Source of the DNA: a bacterium
GTDB taxonomy: Bacteria > Bacillota_I > Bacilli_A > RFN20 > CAG-826
Reading direction: 5' to 3'
Assembly: GCA_963638955.1 (NCBI GenBank)
Contig: CAVHTL010000001.1
Location: forward strand, 8,357 to 48,130
DNA length: 39,774 bases
Part shown: piece after piece, positions 17,689 through 24,440 of the stretch
Numbering within the stretch: the stretch's first letter is position 1
Layout: each line of letters opens with the position of its first letter
Notes under the pieces: generated by a model
Databases searched by the model: none
Told to the model about the DNA's origin: nothing
The model's input: the letters and a program-made list of their open reading frames with translations, nothing else
Translations under genes and position numbers: made by a program

Positions 17689-18726
17689 TTACTCTTCTTC
17701 CTCTATAACAAATTCTCGGAAGCGGGGGAGAGCGAAAGAGATATAGCCGTAATTTTGGCTTACGAGGACGCCTTTCTGCAAGAGTCTAGAGCGGTAGACG
17801 GAATAAAGTTTGCTGGAGAATCCAGTTTTTTTGAGGATATTGGCCGTGCTTTCCTCACCTCTTTCTTTCAGGCAAGCGATGATTTTTCTTTCTTCTGGCG
17901 TGACGCCAGACCAAATTTTGTTATAGGCGTTTATTCTTAAAGACATGTCGTATTGGTTTATAAGTTCATCATCGATCTTGCGGTGTTTGAAATATAGATA
18001 CCCGAGCAGCTGATAGCCAAAGCCATACCCGTTCGTTAGTGCAGCGAGTTTTTTGCCCGTCGCTTCATCTACTCCAAGGATCGACATGTACGATGTCTTT
18101 ATGGCCATTAGATCAAGTGGTTGAAGAAGTATCTTCGGCGCCCTATAGAGAAATGTCATAGATTTATCGTTCTGAAGCGATGAAACGTTTTCATATAATC
18201 CGCTCATCAGAAGATATATAGGATAATCTTTCCGCACAAAGCTTTGAAAATCGTGAACGAATTCTTTCACTTTCTTGTTTGTGGTTACCGCATCTAGCGT
18301 GATTAAGACCTTTTTGCCTTTGCTTTTCAAATAGTCGAGCATCTTGGACACAACTACTGAGACGCTTGTTACTGGCTCCTTGCCCTCGAGATGAAACGAA
18401 AGACCGTGGAAAGAAAAATCAAAGCTTCCGTGCAAAAACAGATGCTTTGCCTTTCCGTTTTCGTAGAGCCCCGAGGCAACCTCTTCTAGGATTTCGCGAT
18501 GCGGATTAACGTCAACGACAATCCAGTCCTTCTCTTTTTCGAAGTGTTTGTAAAGTTCGCTGAGCAAGACTGTTTTTCCAGCGCCTCTTGCTCCGAGAAT
18601 CAAGTAAGCTTGAGTCGATGGATTCATCGAAGAATAGTCGCTTGCGATGCTCGCTATTAAATCATCCCGTCTTATGATTTCGTTTGGCTCTTTACCAAAC
18701 ATTAGCGTAAATGGATTAGTAGTCAT
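17689..18726 (-). CDS. Orphan AAA+/P-loop ATPase with C-terminal winged-helix domain (archaeal-ATPase / ORC-Cdc6-like architecture)
   Basis: SD GGAGG. Walker A is LILGARGAGKT; Walker B is KKVLITLDAV. The C-terminal wHTH-like segment is ERKIIACLKERGEESTANILKKTGFSSKLYSVYRSRLLQKGVL. AT-rich relative to the core genes. Confidence 0.8.
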   Translation of the reverse strand: MTTNPFTLMFGKEPNEIIRRDDLIASIASDYSSMNPSTQAYLILGARGAGKTVLLSELYKHFEKEKDWIVVDVNPHREILEEVASGLYENGKAKHLFLHGSFDFSFHGLSFHLEGKEPVTSVSVVVSKMLDYLKSKGKKVLITLDAVTTNKKVKEFVHDFQSFVRKDYPIYLLMSGLYENVSSLQNDKSMTFLYRAPKILLQPLDLMAIKTSYMSILGVDEATGKKLAALTNGYGFGYQLLGYLYFKHRKIDDELINQYDMSLRINAYNKIWSGVTPEERKIIACLKERGEESTANILKKTGFSSKLYSVYRSRLLQKGVLVSQNYGYISFALPRFREFVIEEEE

Positions 18727-18750
18727 CGTTTTCCTCCAATTTTACAATTC

Positions 18751-18790
18751 TTGTTAGGTCTTGTTAGGTCTTGTTAGGTCTTGTTAGGAC
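18751..18790. repeat. Four head-to-tail copies of a 10-bp unit (TTGTTAGGTC x3, TTGTTAGGAC x1)
   Basis: Read directly at 18751-18790. It begins 25 nt upstream of the ATPase start codon (18726, - strand). Confidence 0.95.
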
Positions 18791-18846
18791 TTTCAAATGG
18801 ATTCTTATTATTTGTTTTGCTTGGAAAAACCAGTATTTGCCGTAAT

Positions 18847-18928
18847 TATGAAAAATAGTTCATATTTATCTTGAATTATGAACAAACATTCATATAATGA
18901 GTGTCGTAAATATGAAAGGAGATTCATA
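18847..18928 (+). promoter_or_regulatory. Three copies of the 18-bp palindrome TATGAA-N6-TTCATA (ArsR/SmtB-type operators)
   Basis: Sites at 18847-18864 (N6 AAATAG), 18877-18894 (CAAACA) and 18911-18928 (AGGAGA, which is the SD). The TGAA...TTCA core resembles the 12-2-12 ArsR/SmtB operator class. Confidence 0.6.
18871..18898 (+). promoter_or_regulatory. Sigma-A-type promoter of the arsR-family/ATPase operon
   Basis: TTGAAT (18871-18876), 16-nt spacer, TATAAT (18893-18898). Operator 2 fills the spacer and overlaps the -10. Confidence 0.55.
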
Positions 18929-18930
18929 TT

Positions 18931-19227
18931 ATGCCAAACATGCCAGATGATAAGACTTTGGACAAAATGGAATCGCTTCTCAATATAGCGAGCGATTTCA
19001 CGCGTCTTAAGATTCTATATGCGATTAGCGATAAAGAGAAAAACGTCAGCGAGATTGTACTTGAGACCGGCGCCTCCCAATCGCTTGTTTCTCATCAGCT
19101 CAACGTTTTGAAGAAAGCCAATTTGGTCTCCACTTACAAAGTCGGGACAAAGGTTTTTTACAAATTGAGTGACGAGCACGTCACTAAATTACTAGAAGTC
19201 GTGCACGAGCACGTGTTGGAGGCGTAA
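18931..19227 (+). CDS. ArsR/SmtB-family metalloregulator, Cys-free, with alpha-5-type (SmtB/CzrA-like) ligand set
   Basis: HTH is NVSEIVLETGASQSLVSHQLNVLKKANLV. The C-terminal D-E-H-x10-H-x2-E matches the SmtB D104/H106/H117/E120 spacing. No Cys anywhere in the protein. Confidence 0.85.
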   Translation: MPNMPDDKTLDKMESLLNIASDFTRLKILYAISDKEKNVSEIVLETGASQSLVSHQLNVLKKANLVSTYKVGTKVFYKLSDEHVTKLLEVVHEHVLEA

Positions 19228-19229
19228 AT

Positions 19230-21173
19230 ATGGGTTGCGCGCATTGCGAAGCCGCTCACGAAGACGGCGAATCGATATTCGGCAAGGAATTCTGGATCAA
19301 GATAGCGAGGCTCTCCTCCTCTCTTGTCTTGATGCTTTTGGGCTACTTCCTTTTCAACGAGGATAATTACGGCCTTTGGGTCAATTTCGCGATCATGGCG
19401 ACGGCTTTCCTCATCGTTGGCTACGACGTCTTTTTGGAAGCGTTCGAAGCCATTTTCAAAGAGAAAGAATTCTTCAATGAAGAGCTTTTGATGTGTATTG
19501 CCACTCTTGGCGCTTTCTCCATTCGTTTTTTCGGAAAAGAGCATAACGAATTCTTTGAGGCCGTGATGGTCATGCTCCTCTTCCAGGTCGGGGAGTTATT
19601 CGAAGACATCGCAACCGCCAGAAGCCATAAAGCCATTACGGAAGCCGTCGGTCTAAGAGCGAAAATCGCCCATAAGAAAGAAGGCGAAACGATAATCGAC
19701 GTCGATCCTAAAGATGTGTGCATCGGCGACATGCTTCTCATCAAAGTAGGGGAGATAGTGCCTTCCGATGGAATAATCGTCGATGGCGAAGGATCGCTTG
19801 ATATGTCTTCTTTGACTGGCGAATCCTTGCCAGTGAGAAAAGTCAGTGGGGAAGAAGTGCCAAGCGGAACGATTCTCAAATCGGGATCGCTTCTAGTGAG
19901 AGTTAGCAAGAGCTACGAAGATAGCACGGTCAGCAAAATCATCAAGCTCATGGAAGAAGGGGCTGAAAGCAAAGGCAAAATCACCCGCTTTGTCGATAAA
20001 TTCGCCAAAGTATATACCCCGGTTGTCGTAGCCTTGGCTTTGGTAGTCGCCATCATTCCGCCTCTATTTTTGGGGATAGGAGACCCTCTAGTCTGGGAAC
20101 AATGGATTTATACGGCGCTGAGCTTACTAGTCATCTCTTGCCCCTGCGCGATCGTGATTTCCGTACCCCTTGCCTATTTTGCCGGAATCGGCTTGGCCTC
20201 CAAAAACGGAATAATCATCAAAGGCGCTTCCGTCTTCGATTCGCTTGAGCGCCTTTCTCATGTCGTAAGCGATAAAACCGGAACTCTCACTTATGGCGTT
20301 TTCAAAGTTCAGAAAATAGTTCCGAGTAGTTGCTCTTCCAAAGAGCTAATGCATTATCTTCTCGTTGCTGAATCCCGCAGCTCCCATCCTCTTGCAAGCG
20401 CCATAAAAGGCGATGAGGATATCTCGGAAATCGCCGCAAAAATGACTTCTTATGATGAAATTGCCGGAAAAGGGGTCAAAGCGGAATATGAAGGAAACCT
20501 CTATTTGGCTGGCAATCACACTCTGCTAGAAGAGGCAGGAATCAACTTTGTTGCGGCAAGAGAAGAAGGCTCGATAATCTACGTTGCGAGAAACGGCGAA
20601 TACAAAGGATATTGCGTTTTATCCGATTCTCCCAGAAAAGAGACGCCAGAGCTCGTTGAAGGGCTTAAGAAGCGCTCCATCGGCTTGACGATGCTCACGG
20701 GCGATAAGAAAGAAAACGCCGATAGTTTCGCTTCCTCCTTAGGCATCAGCGACTATCATTACGAACTTTTGCCAAAAGACAAAACGCTCTATCTAGAGCA
20801 GGAAATCGCGAAAAAAGACGGCGCGGTCGCTTTTATCGGCGACGGCATCAACGACGCTCCGTCGATCACGATGGCGGATGTAGGAATCGCGATGGGCGGA
20901 GCAGGGAGCGATTTGGCCATCGAAACGGCAGATGTTGTCATAATGAACGATGACCCTAGCAAACTTTTGCTGGGATTAGACATCTCGAAAAAAGTAAGGG
21001 GCCACGTTCTTTTCAATATCATCTTCTCAATTTTAGTGAAAATCACGATTATGGCTCTTTCCATTGCTTTGCCTTTATTCCCGCTTCTGATCGCTGTACT
21101 TGGTGATACCGGACTCACGATGGTCCTGGTTCTTATTACCATGTGTCTCCTTTACGAAAAGCCGAAGAAATGA
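19230..21173 (+). CDS. cadA: Heavy-metal P1B-type ATPase (CadA/ZntA-like, CPC motif), lacking an HMA domain
   Basis: 647 aa. Motifs TGES, SCPCAIVIS, DKTGTLT, GDGINDAP and TM8 GDTGLT. The N-terminus is only MGCAHCEAAHED. Confidence 0.88.
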   Translation: MGCAHCEAAHEDGESIFGKEFWIKIARLSSSLVLMLLGYFLFNEDNYGLWVNFAIMATAFLIVGYDVFLEAFEAIFKEKEFFNEELLMCIATLGAFSIRFFGKEHNEFFEAVMVMLLFQVGELFEDIATARSHKAITEAVGLRAKIAHKKEGETIIDVDPKDVCIGDMLLIKVGEIVPSDGIIVDGEGSLDMSSLTGESLPVRKVSGEEVPSGTILKSGSLLVRVSKSYEDSTVSKIIKLMEEGAESKGKITRFVDKFAKVYTPVVVALALVVAIIPPLFLGIGDPLVWEQWIYTALSLLVISCPCAIVISVPLAYFAGIGLASKNGIIIKGASVFDSLERLSHVVSDKTGTLTYGVFKVQKIVPSSCSSKELMHYLLVAESRSSHPLASAIKGDEDISEIAAKMTSYDEIAGKGVKAEYEGNLYLAGNHTLLEEAGINFVAAREEGSIIYVARNGEYKGYCVLSDSPRKETPELVEGLKKRSIGLTMLTGDKKENADSFASSLGISDYHYELLPKDKTLYLEQEIAKKDGAVAFIGDGINDAPSITMADVGIAMGGAGSDLAIETADVVIMNDDPSKLLLGLDISKKVRGHVLFNIIFSILVKITIMALSIALPLFPLLIAVLGDTGLTMVLVLITMCLLYEKPKK

Positions 21174-21187
21174 GCGATATCCGAAAT

Positions 21188-21214
21188 GAAAACCCTGTTT
21201 TGCAGGGTTTTTCA
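21188..21214 (+). terminator. Rho-independent terminator after the ATPase gene
   Basis: GAAAACCCTG (21188-21197) pairs with CAGGGTTTTTC (21203-21213), ending in a T-run. Confidence 0.7.
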
Positions 21215-21557
21215 ATTATTGACGTTAAATGAAAGCTGCGTTGTTTATTCGTTTCGAGCCAAAGGAAACTTAAGTGGTCCATCACATAGTTTGCCTTTGT
21301 GCTTTCGCATTATAATTTAGTGAAATTTAGTCAATAAATGAGTTTGCTTGGTTCTTTAGGAGACCGATTGTTTTCGCCGCTATTGTTCGCTTTTTCTGCT
21401 CTCTAGGGTGGCTTTTTGGCAAAAAGTTATTGCCTAAGGGCGCATATACGCGTATGATTGCATTCGTGCGCCGACATTAGGCGTACGTGTAACGCGTGGG
21501 AGAGGAAGGCGAAATCCTCGGACCACTGCCAACAATTCTCAAAAAAGGAGGAGAACT

Positions 21558-21968
21558 ATGGCTAAGAAAATCGTCAAAGTCCTCAAGATGGAACTCCCTG
21601 GCGGAGATGCCCATCCAGGACCAAAGCTTGCTTCTGCAGGCGTCCAAATGGCCAAATTCTGCACCGAATTCAACGCGAAGACCTCGGACAGAAAAGGCGA
21701 AGTCGTGCCGGTCATCATCACGGCTTACGAAGACAAATCATATGCCTTCGAAATCAAGACCAGCCCAGTGAGCGGCTTATTGCTCAAAGCGGCAGGGATC
21801 GAAAAAGGCTCGGGCAACCCGAAGAAAATCGTCGGGCACATCTCTGATGCCGATCTCACGAAGATTGCCGAATACAAAATGCCTGACCTCAACGCCAACG
21901 ACGTTGATGCCGCGAAGAAAATCGTCGCCGGCAGCGCCCGTCAGATGGGCATTGCCATCGACAAATAA
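21558..21968 (+). CDS. rplK: 50S ribosomal protein L11
   Basis: SD AAGGAGG. Protein KMELPGGDAHPGPKLASAGVQMAKFCTEFNAKT......VPVIITAYEDKSYAFEIKTSP. Confidence 0.95.
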   Translation: MAKKIVKVLKMELPGGDAHPGPKLASAGVQMAKFCTEFNAKTSDRKGEVVPVIITAYEDKSYAFEIKTSPVSGLLLKAAGIEKGSGNPKKIVGHISDADLTKIAEYKMPDLNANDVDAAKKIVAGSARQMGIAIDK

Positions 21969-21985
21969 TGGAGGACCGCTAGAAC

Positions 21986-22675
21986 ATGAAACTTGGAAAG
22001 AAATACGTTGCGGCCTCTAAGCTTGTTGAAAAGGATCGCGTTTATTCCATTCAAGAAGCCGCAGAATTGCTCAAAAAGACTTCGACCACGAAGTTCGACA
22101 GCACCATTGACGTGAGTTTCGCCCTCAACGTCAACCCAGCGATGGCTGATCAACTCATCCGTGGCACGATCGTGCTTCCTCACGGGAACGGCAAGAGCAA
22201 GAAAGTCCTCGCCGTCACCAACATGAAACAGGAAGAAGCCAAAGCCGCAGGCGCTGAATTCGTCGGCGGAAAAGAGATGCTCGACAAAATCCAACGCGAG
22301 AACTGGTTCGGATTCGACGTCATCGTCGCTACCCCGGACATGATGGGAGAGCTTGGAAAAATGGGTCGTCTTCTCGGTCCGAAAGGCTTGATGCCAAACC
22401 CAAAGACTGGCACCGTCAGCATGGAAATCGGCCAAGCCATCACCGAGATCAAGAAAGGCAAGATTGCTTACCGCGTCGATAAAGACGGCAACCTCAACAT
22501 CTCTCTTGCTCGCGTGAGCTTCTCGAACGAAGACATCATCGATAACCTTAAAGCCGTTTGCGAGATGGTCGTCAAGAGCCGTCCAGCCTCGGTCAAAGGC
22601 ACATACGTGAAAACCGCCGTTGTCCATACCACCATGGGCCCTGGCATCAAAATCACCTTCGACGGCCGCAACTAA
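21986..22675 (+). CDS. rplA: 50S ribosomal protein L1
   Basis: 229 aa. Motifs FDSTIDVSFALNV, IRGTIVLPHGNGK, ATPDMMGELGKMGRLLGPKGLMPNPK.GTV. Confidence 0.95.
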   Translation: MKLGKKYVAASKLVEKDRVYSIQEAAELLKKTSTTKFDSTIDVSFALNVNPAMADQLIRGTIVLPHGNGKSKKVLAVTNMKQEEAKAAGAEFVGGKEMLDKIQRENWFGFDVIVATPDMMGELGKMGRLLGPKGLMPNPKTGTVSMEIGQAITEIKKGKIAYRVDKDGNLNISLARVSFSNEDIIDNLKAVCEMVVKSRPASVKGTYVKTAVVHTTMGPGIKITFDGRN

Positions 22676-22829
22676 GCCCGCCGAAAACCAAATTTGGTGA
22701 ATTGCTTCGTATACCTAAGATAGCAACGGGCAAGTGCCTTAATAATTCACGTTGCTGAGGTGACATTCACAATTTACTCGCTAGTTATAAGAAGCATCAC
22801 ATAGTCGACAAAGAAAGGAGGAACCTAGC
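22676..22829 (+). promoter_or_regulatory. Putative L10(L12)4 autoregulatory leader upstream of rplJ
   Basis: A 154-nt untranslated spacer in the position of the Bacillota L10 leader. Pairing potential seen: AGCAACG/CGTTGCT enclosing GGC-AAGT-GCC. The motif itself was not verified. Confidence 0.3.
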
Positions 22830-23351
22830 ATGAACAAGGAAGTTCTAGCCGCAAAAAAAGCCACTGTTTCCGAAATCGAGAACAGCTTGAGCAACTGCGG
22901 TTCCCTCACGATTGTCTCCTACCACGGACTCACAGTCGCTGACATCACCGAACTCCGCCATCAACTCGCCGAGAAAGGCGCCACGATGAGCGTTTACAAA
23001 AACACTCTCGTTGCCCGTGCCCTCAAGGATGAACAAAAAAGCGGCCTCGATGAGTACTTGGAGGGACCAAACGCCTTCGTCTTCTCGAAAGAGATTTCGG
23101 ATGGCCCAGCAGTTCTCCGCAAATTCGCCCGTGCCCACGAAGAGCTCGTGATCAAAGGCGGATATGTTGAAGGAAAGGCTTATGACGGAGCCGGGATGCT
23201 CGCCATCGCCAAGATGCCAAGCAGAGAAGGCTTATTGTCAATGTTCTGCCAAGTCCTAAACGCCCCGATCTCAGGGTTTGCCCGCACCATCGCCGCCGTC
23301 GCCGAGAAAAATGGCGGCGCGCCAGCAGCTAACGATGCTGCCGCCCAATAG
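22830..23351 (+). CDS. rplJ: 50S ribosomal protein L10
   Basis: SD AAAGGAGG. Protein VSYHGLTVADITELR..L...GATMSVYKNTL...A.... Confidence 0.93.
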   Translation: MNKEVLAAKKATVSEIENSLSNCGSLTIVSYHGLTVADITELRHQLAEKGATMSVYKNTLVARALKDEQKSGLDEYLEGPNAFVFSKEISDGPAVLRKFARAHEELVIKGGYVEGKAYDGAGMLAIAKMPSREGLLSMFCQVLNAPISGFARTIAAVAEKNGGAPAANDAAAQ

Positions 23352-23371
23352 CCAAATAGGAGGATAAAACC

Positions 23372-23752
23372 ATGGCTGAAAAGTTAACAACTGAACAAAT
23401 CCTCGACACCCTCAAACAGATGAGCGTCGTCGAGCTCAATGACCTCGTGAAGGCCGTCGAGACCGAATTCGGCGTCACCGCCGCCGTCGCTGTCGCCGCT
23501 GCCCCAGCCGAAGAAGAAGGACCAGCCAAGAAAGGCCCGACCGAAGTCTCCCTCTTCCTCAAAGGACTCGGAACCGCTGGCAAAGTCGCCGTCATCAAAG
23601 TCGTCCAAACCATCACTGGCCTTGGACTTATGGATGCCAAGAAACTCGTTGACAGCGCTCCAGTCGCTCTCAAAGAGAAAATCTCCCCAGCCGAAGCCGA
23701 GAGCTACAAAGCCCAACTCACCGAAGCTGGCTGCGAAGTCGAAATCAAATAA
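23372..23752 (+). CDS. rplL: 50S ribosomal protein L7/L12
   Basis: MSVVELNDLVKAVETEFGV, an Ala/Pro-rich hinge, and the C-terminal domain KVAVIKVVQTITGLGLMDAKKLVDSAP..LKE.ISPAEAE..K..L.EAG..VEIK. Confidence 0.95.
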   Translation: MAEKLTTEQILDTLKQMSVVELNDLVKAVETEFGVTAAVAVAAAPAEEEGPAKKGPTEVSLFLKGLGTAGKVAVIKVVQTITGLGLMDAKKLVDSAPVALKEKISPAEAESYKAQLTEAGCEVEIK

Positions 23753-23774
23753 GCTATCCGTCTATTTGATCTTT

Positions 23775-23812
23775 GCCCCTCCCTTGCCTCATCGCGCAGG
23801 GGAGGGGGTTTC
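23775..23812 (+). terminator. Weak hairpin (attenuator-like) between rplL and the methyltransferase/rpoB genes
   Basis: CCCCTCCC (23776-23783) pairs with GGGAGGGG (23800-23807) around a 16-nt loop, with only TTT afterwards. The rplL-rpoB spacer is a known attenuation point in other bacteria. Confidence 0.35.
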
Positions 23813-23834
23813 CCGTATATAAAGAGGTTAACGA

Positions 23835-24437
23835 ATGCCCCAGTATTTCTCCTCAATCGCACCGAAAGAAGTCAAATACTATCCCTACGAAGCTGACATC
23901 CTTGGGCGTAAATTCACTCTTTACGGCACCAGCGGAACTTTCTCCAAAGAGCATTTGGACGATGGCACGAAGTACTTGCTTGAAACCATCCTCCAAATGG
24001 ATCTTGGAACGAAGATCCTCGACATGGGGTGCGGCACAGGCCCAATCGGACTAATACTGGCCGCCTCTGACCCTACTAGGCACATTACGATGTGCGATGT
24101 CAATAGAAGGGCCCTCGATCTTGCAAGAGAAAACGCCAAAGCTCTTGGCGTCTCTTCCCAGGTTGATATCGTCGAAAGCGATGTTTACCTCTCCATTAAC
24201 TCCACCTTCTCATCAATCGTGTCCAATCCCCCGATCAGAGCTGGGAAAAAGGTGACCTACGCAATCTATGATGGCGCGGTAGCGCATTTAGACAAGAACG
24301 GTTCCCTCTACCTAGTGGTTCGCCGCCAACAGGGCGCTGAATCGGTCGAAAAGCATCTATTATCCTTATTTAATAAAGTAGAGGTGCTTCGCCGCAAAAA
24401 AGGATTCTGGATCATCAAAGCTACCAACAAGGAGTAA
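23835..24437 (+). CDS. Class I SAM-dependent methyltransferase (RsmC/YbxB-like small-domain MTase)
   Basis: SAM motif ILDMGCGTGPIG and catalytic VSNPPIRAGK. Same slot as Bacillus ybxB, between rplL and rpoB. Confidence 0.8.
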   Translation: MPQYFSSIAPKEVKYYPYEADILGRKFTLYGTSGTFSKEHLDDGTKYLLETILQMDLGTKILDMGCGTGPIGLILAASDPTRHITMCDVNRRALDLARENAKALGVSSQVDIVESDVYLSINSTFSSIVSNPPIRAGKKVTYAIYDGAVAHLDKNGSLYLVVRRQQGAESVEKHLLSLFNKVEVLRRKKGFWIIKATNKE

Positions 24438-24440
24438 AAA

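Noticed and set aside
17668-17940. 90-aa + strand ORF overlapping the 3' end of the ATPase gene.
   Set aside because: It is antisense to the better-supported 345-aa ATPase ORF (Walker motifs, SD). It starts with TTG and has no SD.
18751-18790. Whether the 10-bp tandem array could be a CRISPR or minisatellite-type feature.
   Set aside because: The units are contiguous with no spacers and only 10 bp long, and there are no cas genes. It is reported as a tandem repeat / iteron-like array instead.
21338-21406. 22-codon hydrophobic mini-ORF (MSLLGSLGDRLFSPLLFAFSAL) in the rplK leader, considered as a leader peptide.
   Set aside because: No SD, no regulatory codon run, and no obvious terminator/antiterminator alternative.
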